In this document: positions 51,301 to 62,643 of the stretch, piece by piece | How the letters are laid out: each line of letters starts with the position of its first letter | Position numbering within the stretch: position 1 is the first letter of the stretch | Origin: Anolis carolinensis | Taxonomy: Eukaryota | Direction of reading: 5' to 3' | DNA: 64,000 nucleotides | NCBI RefSeq assembly: GCF_035594765.1 | Contig: NC_085842.1 | Span: 260,881,749 to 260,945,748, forward strand | The notes under the pieces: generated by a model | What the model was told of the DNA's origin: nothing | Seen by the model: only the letters and a program-made list of their open reading frames with translations | The model's database searches: none | Program-made: the position numbers and the translations under genes

Positions 51301-51409
51301 ATATGATTTACCTCATAATTTAACAACTGAGTGAGTGGGCCAACTCTAGTTGGAACAAAGTGGTTTTCTTTTCCAGACCTGCTGTAATTCCTTTGGAATT
51401 GAGTTTTTA

Positions 51410-51421
51410 ACATCATCATCG

Positions 51422-51453
<32 letters not shown>

Positions 51454-51466
51454 ATTATTATTATTA
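51410..51466. repeat. Compound microsatellite (CAT)n(GTT)11(ATT)n
   Basis: Direct reading. Confidence 0.93.
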
Positions 51467-51961
51467 CTATTAAACTTATTATTGATCTTTCTTGAAACCT
51501 AGCTTCTCCCACACTCCTCTCACATTTAGATTCCTGAAAGTGGAATAATGTAATTTGGGTCAACATAAAATTTATTATATTTTGCAGAATTCGCTGGTAT
51601 CAAAGAAAAAAAATGTTACTGCCTGCAAGAAACAAGGCAAGGCATTCAGCATGCATGGATCACTAAGAATCAACCAATCACAAGCTGAGCAGCACCTGCA
51701 TTCCATAGAGCCAGTCACCAAACTATGCATGAACCTGGACCTCAAAACAAGCTAACCTGAATGAAAGATCATTATATATTTATGCAAACAAATCTCTGTG
51801 CAGGATGCAATGACGTGATTTTTTTTTGTTTCCCTTTGTTAAATATTTTCATAGCTCACCATTGCTTGGCAATCCAACAGAAAACCCTTTGTGATTCCAA
51901 ATGGGGTTGCAACCCATGAGTTGGGAACAACTGCTCTAACAGTTTTGTCACATGTGTTACT

Positions 51962-52267
51962 GGAATCTCACCAGATCACTGCAGACTGCAGCGATCCCAG
52001 TGGCACCTGTCTAGGGGGCGGGAGGATGTGTTGCCCCATGCCCTGCACAGTCCTGGTTTATCACACTGAGGAAAGCATTCACTAGCCAGCTTTTCCCATT
52101 GAGGGCAAAGCAACATGAGAAGCCTCCCGTGCTGCCACAACTGGCTTTTTTTCAGTGGTGACTTTGGTTCCCTGGAAGTACTTCTCCAGTGTGTGGTGGG
52201 AGCCGGTGGGCTCTGTGGCAAAGCTGTTGTGGAACCAGAGCAAAATTTGCCCCGTGTGTAAAGGTCC
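51962..52267 (+). mobile_element. Family B TIR element, copy 4
   Basis: Degenerate ends ggaatctcacca / gtgtgtaaaggtcc; core gcaacatgagaagcctcccgtgctgc. Confidence 0.6.
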
Positions 52268-53333
52268 TTTGAGAATGAAAGATCAACTGTGAACTCAGAA
52301 TTGTCCAATTCTCACAGATAAATAAAGAAATAAGGAGGGGGGCATATAAGAAGATGGAGAAACCATGGATTGGGAGGAATTAGAACACCACCGCTGTGGA
52401 AAGATAAACACACTTTGAACTTTCTCAAAGCAATTTCAATAAGACTTGCTGTGATAAGAAGAGAGGTTAGGCAAGTATACTCCAGTCTTAAACAAGATGG
52501 GTTTATAATGACAGAACCCGTTTTAGGAGTCTTGTGTGATAGCTTTCTGTGTTTTATATCAGTCCACTCTTCTCCAAATTCTGCTATAATATGAAGATGA
52601 GCATCAATGAACTTTCTCATTTCTCCCTCTCATTCTGGAGGACAAATGGTAAACCCTCCCCTTCCATAGCCTTCACTGTGGACAATGGGAAGTTAAGGAG
52701 CCAGGTTCATTTCTTGGTTCATTTCTGTTAAGCTGCTTTCTTCAAATATGATAGAAATGAACTGATCTACCAAAACATGTGGTTAATCCACTGAATTTCC
52801 CACTATCCCTTCAGCTCTTTTGTATTTGACTAGTCACTTTTCATAGGACTGGCAACCAACTATCTTCTAAACCTCATGAAATGTTGCATCATCATCACAC
52901 TGGAGCACATCTTCCTTTTGTAAATTATTTCCTTCAGTAAATGATCTACACTTACTTTATTGCTTTTTATGTATTAGATGAAAAAGTGATTGGCCACAAG
53001 CTTTAGTGAGATTTTGAGAGGAAGGAGGAGTGGGGAAATATTATGAACTATGTTTACTTTGGAAGCTGTATGCTTCCACTTAATCTTTTTATTGAGAACC
53101 CTGATGCTTTACCCAGATGGTATGTGCCTCTTACATTAACTCTATTTCTTGCCTGTTGGTTTATTTGTGCCAGTCTCTGGAATTGCTATCAGATCCCATA
53201 ATCAGAGTGGATACAGACCAGGTGAATGTCTTCCCTCCCCCACCCCGCACCCCCAGGTTAATATCTTGGCTACACAGAGAACAACTTTTTTCTTTTCTCT
53301 TTGTCCCAGAACATAAGAAGTGCTTGACCTAGG

Positions 53334-53433
53334 GCCACTTTTGGTCTAAAACTATTTAGCTGTTTGTGATTTCCTTTATTTTATCACTTTTAAACTTATT
53401 TATTATGCAGTGCTTTTGACACGAAATAAATAA
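53334..53433 (+). mobile_element. 100-bp 3' remnant of a non-LTR retroelement (possibly Vingi)
   Basis: TSD ACCTAGG (53327-53333 and 53434-53440); ..FWSKTI* then 3' UTR and (TAAA)n tail; matches 34697-34737. Confidence 0.72.
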
Positions 53434-53733
53434 ACCTAGGAAATTGTTAAGAGAGTTTTCAATTTAGCGAAGTGGCTGTGGAAAAATCTCAGATGGGAAT
53501 AAAAAATTGAGCATTTGGTGAAGTGCTGGGTTTCACAACATTTAAATCTTGGCCGGTTTTGTTTCTGGAACCTATGCAACATAAATATTAAGTCAACTTG
53601 TTTCTGACTGAGAGTCAGAAAGGGATATATATTGGAGGGGGGGGGGGGGGAGAGAGGATCCAGACTGTTTAAACCACTTACATCCATTATATAATGCTTA
53701 ATAATTTGCATTACTGGAAAGTCTTATTGCTTC

Positions 53734-54640
53734 TGTGATGCCTCATGGGTTTTGTAGTCCTGTGCCTAGTGTCACCGTGACAGATGAGGATGAAAACATG
53801 GGGTTTTCACAGCCAGAGCCAGAGTTTTTCCAGATGCCTGAGGTTCTTGTCCAAGAACCAATTAAAACTGACCTTGATCAACGCTCACCTCCCTTCGCTA
53901 GAAAGCAATCCTTCTCGGCAGATAGGGGAGTGAGAGAGAAAATTCGGAGGAGTGCCCGAATTGCTGCCAAGCAAGAGACTGATTAGCCATGTTTCCCCTG
54001 GGAAAATCCAGTGAGTCTCACACCTGCAAGTTGGGTTTCGTTCCCTGTTCTCTAGGGAAAGAGAACGCTGGATGCCCGTTTGGCGGGAAATGAGACCCAG
54101 ATAAAAGTATCGGGCTCTGTTGATTCTTTGCGGAGACAACAGCTCAGCTTCGGGAGTGAATTCCATGTTTCCAGCCTAGTGTGGACTTCGCTAAGTCCAC
54201 AATCCAGTTTCCTTGCCTCGCCTGCTCAAGTCTCCATGAATTGCCTTGCTTTGTCCTTAGCCACGGATTTTGTTCTTAGAATCAAGTTTTTAGACTACCT
54301 TGCCTCGTTTTGAACCACGGACCTTGTTTCCTAGATTCAAGCCTTGTTCCCAGCTTCCTTGTGGATTTAACCTTGTGCCTTGAAAGACTTTGGACAATTC
54401 CCCTCACTATTGCCTTGCAATAGTGAGTGTTTCGGTATTGGATTTTATCTTTGAACCCTAATATCATTTATTGGACAAACTATTCCTGGACTATTTTAGA
54501 CCTCATTTGAAGGGTCTGTTTCTGGACTATATTCTCTACTTGCTTTTATCCTTCTTATATATTTCCTTAATAAAGATATTAGATAGTTTTATTGGCCTCC
54601 GTTTCTGGTTCTTGGTGCTCCGCTGCCTTGGTGTGTGACA
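53734..54640 (+). mobile_element. Solo LTR A (907 bp), Ty3/Gypsy-like
   Basis: TG...CA termini, 5-bp TSD GCTTC, AATAAA at 54569. Confidence 0.93.
53735..53986 (+). CDS. LTR-encoded 83-codon frame (probable Pol C-terminal extension or microprotein) with DEDENMGF and RRSARI motifs
   Basis: Intact frame starting at LTR nt 2; motifs shared with frames in three other divergent LTRs. Confidence 0.55.
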   Translation: MMPHGFCSPVPSVTVTDEDENMGFSQPEPEFFQMPEVLVQEPIKTDLDQRSPPFARKQSFSADRGVREKIRRSARIAAKQETD

Positions 54641-54767
54641 GCTTCAGCCATTGGCAAAGGCTTTATAAATCTAAGCCTGAAAATGAAATAAAAATCTATA
54701 AGGTCTTCATTGTTTTTAGTAGTTGACAGGACACAATCCACAATCTGCTCACATTAAATGCTTCTGA

Positions 54768-54915
54768 GGCCCTTTCTACACGGACATATAAAATACAGAT
54801 AATCTGTTTTGAACTGGATTATATGGAAGTGTAGGCTCATATAATCCAGTTCAAGGCAGATACTGTGGATTATCTGATTTGATAATCTGGATTATATGGC
54901 AGTGTAGAAGAGCCC
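54768..54915. mobile_element. PIF/Harbinger MITE
   Basis: TIRs GGCCCTTTCTACAC / GTGTAGAAGAGCCC, 3-bp TSD TGA; internal ctggattata/tataatccag repeats. Confidence 0.82.
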
Positions 54916-56155
54916 TGAATGGGAGTAGCAGAAGAGCAGGACAATTTTACCACTCACTTCACACTCAAAAAATATCCTGCAGGAAAATGGATCAATGGAT
55001 TTTGCTATGTTCATGTAAATCAGCATTTAAAGTTACATGATTTTGCCTTCTGGTCAAGTTCAGGTGATAGATATGATGAAGACATGCCCTAAATTGAAAC
55101 AAACTGGGCAGGAGTTAGTTAGACATTCTAATCAATGGAGATTGGCTGACTAAACAAGAATTCAGTTTCATAGAACCAAATGCTAGCCAATTTTTTTCTC
55201 TGTTCTTGTCAGGGATTGGTCAATAGACAAAATAAGGAAGTGGTGAGAATATCAGCATCATTTACTTGGTCTCTTTTATTATTTGGGCTAGTCAGAGATT
55301 TCTAGTTAATCTTTGTTTGGTATAATTCTCATCTATTCTTCAACAGCTGCCTGAGAATTTGCCGAAATGGTTAAAATATATTTCTAAGAGGGAATTCTAT
55401 TAGACTGGTTTAAAATGCACACAGCAAAATGTTTGTGTTTCTCAGTTCTAAGTTCATTGGAAAGACTAAAATAATTGCATGGGCTTGTAATATGAGTTTG
55501 GATCTAGTATTTTATCTGATCAGACCTTTTTATGACATAGCAAAATATGAATAACAAACTTAATGCATTTGCCAAAATGATTCAACAACATAGATATGCT
55601 TAATGCTTTTTCCTGTCCTTTCTGTTTTGTTCATTTGTTGATTTTGGAAAGAAGCAGTTTTATGGATATGAATGGAACTCATTAAAGTCTTCAGTAACAT
55701 ATTAAAACAAATGCTTTGCTTCTCTGGAGCATTGTAGCTCCTTTTTAAGTGACATACTACTAATATTTATGTCTGTGATTATTCTTAGCATTTCTTTGGG
55801 AATATCTTTCATTGGTGCCTGTTTGCCTTCAGTTTTCTTTGGCATCATTAGAGTTTCAGCACTTGAACAGTACTGCAAATACTCGTTTGCTACTTGTTGA
55901 TAGCATAATTTACATATTATCATCATGATAGCATTGCGCCAACAAGTAAGTACTTATTATGAAAGATACGTTTTGTAGATTTTTGCAATGAAACATAAAT
56001 CATGACATTACAATCCATTGGGGAGACACATTATCCTGTGATTTTGAAGTAGGTTCAGGTGCATAAATGTTGAGGACAATTCAGTCATTTATATAAATTT
56101 AAAGATTTAAATCTATCTTCACCACCCCCTGGTTCTCAGCTTTAAAAGATTATAA

Positions 56156-56322
56156 GTTAATACTTAGATAGGAGACCAGCAATGATTACCAGGTGATATA
56201 GGCTATGTTTCAGAGGAGGGAAGTGACAGAACCATATCTGAATTTTCCTTGTTTAAAAACACCTCTTGAAATTCACCAGGTCTCCACAAGTCAACAGGTA
56301 AGTTGAAGGCACATATACACAC
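56156..56322 (+). mobile_element. 5'-truncated 5S-derived SINE
   Basis: gttaatacttagataggagacc..taccaggtgatataggc (5S 3' half) plus tail ttgaaggcacatatacac. Confidence 0.75.
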
Positions 56323-58089
56323 AAGGAAATTTATGCTTACAACATAAAAGAAAAGACACAAAAGAAAAATGGATGGGTGGGTTTCTTTACTGAGTTAATG
56401 TAATGGCCGTACTTTTTCACTCTCTGTTACAGCAGAATAAAATGGCAGCTGTTTGTGTGTCAGTTTGTGGAGGGAGGGCTGGTGGAGCTGGCTAAGTGGT
56501 GGCCTTTTCTCCCACTGCTCCAGCCTGATAAAATGATTTGCTGCCAAGTAACAGTAGATAGAAAAAGGAGCACTTAAATACTTTCTTGGTAAGACTGCTG
56601 TAACTAATTCCTATGAATCTCTAAGAATTGGTATGTAATAGTTGGAGCCCCCTTGTATGTGTTTCTTAATGCTCCTGTGCTACTGAAAGAATCACTGGTA
56701 GAAATTATTAGCACAGTAAAAGAAGTATTCCTAGGCTTTCTACATAAAGCCTGTTCTAAGCTCTTTACACTTGAGCCATGAGCCAGCTCTAAGCAGTATA
56801 GTAATTTGGGACTTCCAAAGTCTCGTAGTATCTAATTCCTAATAAGTAGCTTACATTAGTTATTGCATCTACTACTGACATGATACTCCTCCAAATGTCT
56901 TCGGTTCCATAAAGATGTTATCCTATCCTTTTCGACTGGTGTGCAGACCACTTCCATAAGTGGTCCAAAAAGTAATTTTCCTAAACCTTTTCCATATATG
57001 AATGAATAAAGACACTATCGTATTTGACTCATAAATATTGATGCTAATGGTATTCTTAACTTGTTTCAAATTTAACTTATGCCAACTTCAAAATTATGCC
57101 AACATGTACTCTTGAGACTTATCTTAACTGTATCCAAAGCAGGTAAGTATTCCCTTTGCTTCTTAATCAAAACTTGAGGGAGTTGAATTCCATGCTTTGA
57201 TATGCAGATACCAAGACAGACAGTCATAGGCAAAAATAATCTTTTTTTGTTTTTTGAGTTCCACAACTATGCATTCCTGGGTCATAATTATCACTTCTTC
57301 CTTATATGCCCTCTTGTAGACATATCCACACATCTGATCGGAAATCAGGGGGAAAGGAATTATGTCTGTTATTCAGCAGGACTCTGGAGCAGATGAAAAG
57401 ACCTCATGTGCATGGCACTGAATATAAATATTGAATGATTTAATGGTTTTACTTTATGGCACTGTAAAATTCTATTGGTGAGCTCGGCACTCATACACTC
57501 AGACTTTTAAAATGTTTATTGCAGGCATTTTACTGATCGTAGCCAACAAGTTTTGTTTTGCACAGAATCCTTTCTGGTTTTTGGTCTTGCTAGCTACATT
57601 GATTAATAAATAGCAATTACTGTTCACCACTATTATGCTAGAAGGATTTGTTGGAAACCAGTTTGCTCAATTCATGAGGCTTAGGGACTTTTCTTCACAG
57701 ACACACAATACAGCTTGGAACCAGCATGATAAAAACTGGTTCCAGGCAGCATTGAGGCCACACTGCCTCGGCAGTGGGACATCAACCCAACAGCCCAGCT
57801 GTAATGAAGTCGATATGGCCAGACTGGGCATGGGCTCAGTTTCTATCCTACCTGCAACACTGATTTTCCCCCACAAAAGAAAGCAACAGCACTTTCCACT
57901 GGTAACAGCCTCCTTTTCCTGGTTCAAAGCCCTATGACTGGCAAAGGAACCTGGGAAAAGCTATTGCTCTTCTCAGTCGTCCCAGTTTCGTTTGACAGTT
58001 ATGTGGCTCAGAAACAGGATAAAGAGGCTTCTGCCATGTGGTAGGTGCTTTTTCTTTCTTCTCTGGGGCATGACGGGCATGAATGGACT

Positions 58090-58350
58090 TTTTTTTCCTG
58101 TCAGGAGCAACTTGAGTCACTTCTGGTGTGAGAGAATTGGCCATCTGCAAGGACGTTGTCCTGGGGACGCCCGGATGTTTTGATGTTTTTACCATTTTTG
58201 TGGGAGGTTTCTCTCATATCCCCACATGGAGCTGGAGCTGATAAAGGGTCCACGCTCTCCCCGGGTGGGATTCGAACCTGGCAACCTTCAGGTCAGCAAC
58301 CCAACCTTCAAGTCACAAGGCTTTAACCCACTACTCCATCAAGGGCTCCT
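58090..58350 (-). mobile_element. SINE of the same family as 45207
   Basis: 12-bp TSD CATGAATGGACT (58078-58089 and 58351-58362); B-box ggttcgaatccc on the minus strand; A-tail. Confidence 0.9.
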
Positions 58351-60369
58351 CATGAATGGACTGCCATCCTACCTACTTAAGCTCCCTGAGCACCGAAATA
58401 CAGTATGGCTGTCCCCATTGCCCCAACATGGAGGAAGATTCACATCCTGGAGCAGGATGTAGACCTTGCCTGGAGTTTTTATTTTAATCCAGGGTGAAGT
58501 CACATTAAGCAGCTTACCCTAACTGAATGTTGGACAGATGCACCAGGCTAATGCAATACCCAGACTGCATTATTTGACAGTGTAGATGCAGCCTTAATGA
58601 TAATACTCTGAAACTGTACTGAAAGCAAAAATTTACTTACGAAGACTTGCAGCTCATTAGACAGCATCCTATTTAGGCATTATGCCTGTGTAAGAAAGTA
58701 CCCAGTTCACCATCTTCTCACCCAGAATAAAGCTGTGTGTACCATGTGGCCTGGCTTGTACTTTCTGAACCAATCTGAGTAGTTCCATTTCCACTTTGTA
58801 TAGTTTCTATATTTTGACTGATAAGAGGAGATTATCTTATCCTTTACCTCAGGCAGGAAAGTGTCTTTAGTTAGCTAGTTAGCATAGGGAGGGGATTAAA
58901 ATTCCCTCGGCATTGCTCATCATCAGGTTCTCAGATTTCCTCAACATCAGACTGCTGGGAGTTATAGTCCAACAACATATGGATTGCTATATAATTTTGA
59001 TTCATTTTGGAATAATCAATCAGCACTTGACTGCATGTATCCCTGTGTAACTTTTGTATTACATTGTCCATCAATAGAAAAAAGCTATTACTTTACAATC
59101 ACTGGGAGATCAATGGTAATGTAGGTGACTACCTGCTTTAAACCTTTAGAATTTGTAAAAGCGATGGCTGATTTGGAACTCATGTAGCCCATGGCAGGTC
59201 TCTACGTGTAAGTACCAGTCAGCATTCTTTCCTTTGGCTTGGAGCACTTTTCAGTGAGTGCTAAAGAATTGCTTTAAGAGCTAGGAAAAGCTGTCAGATC
59301 CCCTGTGAGATTAAATGAATACACTTGCTGGAACAGAAGGGAAAGAGAAATCTGCTTGTTCAGGGCAAGCATGCTTAGACTTGCTGCTGTCAGAACAAGA
59401 GTCAGCTAGGTACTGGTGGTAAAGATTTGAAAGCCTGTAATATTTTCCTGCACAGTTAAGTAAAAGAGAAAATAATAGAACGTCTTCCCACTTTCTCTTC
59501 TCTATAATAAATAACATACAGGAAAATGAAAATTTAGAGGTGGATGTCAGAGTAATACTAAACTTAGGGAAAATGGTGGCTGTTCAAATTGGGTGTATGT
59601 TAGAAATTCGCAATCTGCTAGCCCTTTCCGGGACTCTAATTTTGAACAGCAACCCTCTCTCTCTCTCTTTTGACAGATTGCTTTGCTTGTTTTATGTATG
59701 TGCCTACTAGGATGATTGTTTAAGCATGGCATCACATAAAAGGGAGTGAGGAGAAAGAAAGAAAGAATCACAAAACGAGGACAAAGATGTGCCTAAAATG
59801 TGCATATGACAATAGATAGAAAGTTAAAGAGATATAGATATTAAAAATAATTGCATTATATGATAAATGGAAATAGAACTCTCTATGAAGCCTGTGGAAA
59901 ACTGTGTTGTATACAATTTTGAAGCCCCTGTAGGTGCTTTAAAGTGAACTAAAATTCAAAATGGGTCAAAATATCATAAGGTCACTACATCCTATCTGAT
60001 CTTGGAAGCTAAATAGTGTCAGCTCTGATTAGTATTTGAAGAGAGACCAGGATTGAACACCAGGTGCTGTAGGTAATTTTTTAAAGGGGAAGAACTGGCA
60101 AAACCACTGCTGTGTATTCCTTCCCTTAAAAAAATCCCTATGAAATCAATGGGGTCACCATAAGTGACAGGCAACTTGAAGGGACTGTAGTGTCTCAGAG
60201 ACCCCCGAGTCATGACCCCGTCGCCATTATGGATCAGACCGAAGAAGAGATGGGGTTTGTGCCACTTCCACAAGATTCTACTCCTTTCCAGATGTCCCCT
60301 GTTGACAGTTTTAGCCCACAGTTAATTAAAAAGGGCCTTGATTCACAGCCCGGTTCTCCAGAGAGCGCT

Positions 60370-61345
60370 TGTCACGACCCAGACTACAGAGCACCAATAA
60401 CCATACGCAGAGGCCAGATTCTATCTAATATCTTTATTAAGGAAATATATAAAGTTAATAAAAGCAAATGTAAAAGTTAGTCCAGAAGCAGACCTTTCAG
60501 GAAAGGTCAAAATTAGTCCAAAGAAACAATGTCCAATATGAAATATTAAGGTCCAAAGTTGTAATCCAATAACCGAAACACTCACTTTGCCAGGCAAAGT
60601 GAGGGGAGATGACAAGGTCCTTTAGTCCATGAACTTGAGCAAGGCTAGGAATTAACTTGATACTTGAAAACAAGGCTTGAATCGTGGCACAAGGTAACAA
60701 GGAACAAGAACAAGATCCGTGGAATTACTTGGTAAAATCCGTGAAACAAGGCAAGGTTTAGTCCTGAAAGGCGAGGCAAGGTCCGTAGGTAAACAAGGCT
60801 GGGAAACAGGAGCGAAGGCTTGAAAACAAGAACAAGGCTTGATCAGGAACGAGGCTTGGATCGGAGCGCGCTGTCCAGACACAACTCGCTCCGGAGGCTG
60901 ACGAATTGACTCCGCAAAGTTACTCCGCGGGTAAAACACCTATATAGAGTCTAACTTTCCCGCCGAGAGCAGTTCTCTGGGAACCAGAAACGAAAGCTAA
61001 TCTCTGAGACCAGATGTTTGACTCCTTAAAGATTCTCATGGAAAGCAGGCTTAATTGGCTAAATTCTTAGCAATTATTCTAGCACTCCTGCGCGAGGCCG
61101 CTTCCAAACCTCTCTGTTGTTTACAAAACTCATGGCGAGAAAACACAGGAGATGTAGCCTCAGTGTTTGTTTGACATACTTCTGGAACATAACCCTCTTG
61201 CAGGTGCAAGGTTCCCAGATCTGGCTGGGAAGAATCTGTCTGGGAAGAATCCAGTTCTGACTGGGAAGGTAAAAAACCCAAGTTTTCTTCTTCATCAGGC
61301 ATCACAATGTCATGAGCAGGACTACAAGGCCCATGGGTCATCACA
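60370..61345 (-). mobile_element. Solo LTR C (976 bp), antisense inside LTR B
   Basis: TG...CA termini, 5-bp TSD GCGCT (60365-60369 and 61346-61350), minus-strand AATAAA at 60433-60438. Confidence 0.94.
61051..61344 (-). CDS. LTR-encoded 97-codon frame with DEEENLGF and RRSARI motifs
   Basis: Intact frame starting at LTR nt 2; homologous to the frames in LTRs A, B and D. Confidence 0.55.
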   Translation of the reverse strand: MMTHGPCSPAHDIVMPDEEENLGFLPSQSELDSSQTDSSQPDLGTLHLQEGYVPEVCQTNTEATSPVFSRHEFCKQQRGLEAASRRSARIIAKNLAN

Positions 61346-62063
61346 GCGCTCCTTTTGACCGCAGATTGTTTTGGGAAACATCTCGCTCGGAGAAGCAGAA
61401 TCTGAGAAGAAGCGCAAGATTAGCGGAGAGAGCAAGCGTTAATTAAGCCGGTTCCCTTGAGAGTTTCCCGGGAGGATTGCATCTGGCAAGTTGTTGACTT
61501 AGTCCACTTTCCCTCGGGAAAGAGTGTTCAGACACCTGGCTGGAGAGGAGAGTGTAGTCCCGTAAAAGTTCTGGGCGCCAACTGACCTTTGCGGTGTTCA
61601 ACGTGTCAGTTGAGGAATTCACATCGACTCTAGTTCTGCAGTGCGCTACTCTCGAGTAGACCGGCATTGCATCTCGTCTCCCTGCCAAGCCTGGACAGCG
61701 ATTCAGCTTTACCATGACTAACTTTGCCTTGCCTTGTATCCTAGCCTCGGAATTGAACCCTGGAACTCTTGACAGATCTTGCTTTAATCCCCACTCAAAC
61801 AGCCTAAAGGTTTGAGTGTGTTTTGGTTATTGGATTTAAAACTTTGAACTCTAATACTGGATATCTACTTTCACATTACTGGACTATATTTGACCTTTTC
61901 TGAAAGGACTATTGCTGGACTATATACTCTGCTTATTTTTAGTTGTCTCCTTTATTTCCTTAATAAAGATATTAGATAGTTTATTGGCCTCCGTGTCTGG
62001 TTCCCAGTGCTCACACTGCCCTGAGGCGTCACAGGGACATACATACACAAAGTTCATCTAAAT

Positions 62064-62198
62064 CAGTGATTCTCAACTTGGGGTCCCCAGATGTTTTGGG
62101 CCTACAACTCCCAGAAATCCCGGCCAGTTTACCAGCTGTTAGGATTTCTGGGAGTTGAAGACCAAAAACATCTGCAGACTCCAGTTTAAGAACCACTG
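62064..62198. mobile_element. 135-bp palindromic hAT MITE
   Basis: TIRs CAGTGATTCTCAAC / TTTAAGAACCACTG; 8-bp TSD ATCTAAAT / ATCTAGAT; internal caactcccagaaatcc / ggatttctgggagttg. Confidence 0.88.
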
Positions 62199-62320
62199 AT
62201 CTAGATCAACATTATTTGTATTAGAAGTAGCAATCTGATTCTTTAGACAAGGTTTGGTCTATATGTCCCATAGGAATTCAAAACACGTAGAGGACATCAG
62301 ACAATCTACTTTTATCTATA

Positions 62321-62643
62321 CAGTAGAGTCTCACTAATCCAAGCCTCGCTTATCCAAGCCTCTGGATAATCCAAGCCATTTTTGTAGTCAATGTTTTCAA
62401 TATATCGTGGTATTTTGGTGCTAAATTCGTAAATACAGTAATTACTATGTAGCATTACTGCATATTGAACTGCTTTTTCTGTCAAATTTGTTGTATAACA
62501 TGAAGTTTTGGTGCTTAATTTGTAAAATCATAACCTAATTTGATGTTTAATAGGCTTTTTCTTAATCTCTCCTTATTATCCAAGATATTCGCTTATCCAA
62601 GCTTCTGCCGGCCCGTTTAGCTTGGATAAGTGAGACTCTACTG
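62321..62643. mobile_element. Tc1/mariner-superfamily MITE, inverted relative of 18675-19006
   Basis: TIR CAGTAGAGTCTCACT / AGTGAGACTCTACTG, TA TSD. Confidence 0.93.

Larger units (their letters stand above)
60187..61446 (+). pseudogene. LTR B short ORF (60187-60369 + 61351-61446) disrupted by the LTR C insertion
   Basis: Removing LTR C and one TSD copy restores an open frame ..TEEEMGF..PESA|PFDRRLFW..NLRRSARLAERASVN*. Confidence 0.65.
60186..62033 (+). mobile_element. Solo LTR B (867 bp without the insert) containing nested LTR C
   Basis: TG...CA termini, 5-bp TSD GGGAC (60181-60185 and 62034-62038), AATAAA at 61962. Confidence 0.93.
59985..62048 (+). mobile_element. 5S-derived SINE whose tail is interrupted by LTR B
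   Basis: atcctatctgatcttggaagctaa..ttagtatttg..gagacc..caccaggtgctgtagg resembles 5S; tail gcaacttgaagggac|atacatacac is split by the LTR. Confidence 0.82.

Noticed and set aside
23540-54640. LTR D and LTR A as the two ends of one provirus
   Set aside because: The sequences are dissimilar and 30 kb apart, LTR A has its own TSD, and there is no PBS or gag/pol between them.
59985-60075. 5S rRNA gene (also at 29660-29748 and 56156-56204)
   Set aside because: Diverged, 5'-incomplete and fused to a shared SINE body and tail, so these are 5S-derived SINEs.
60190-60480. ORF-track 96-aa protein
   Set aside because: A chimera reading from LTR B into antisense LTR C; the true continuation is at 61351.
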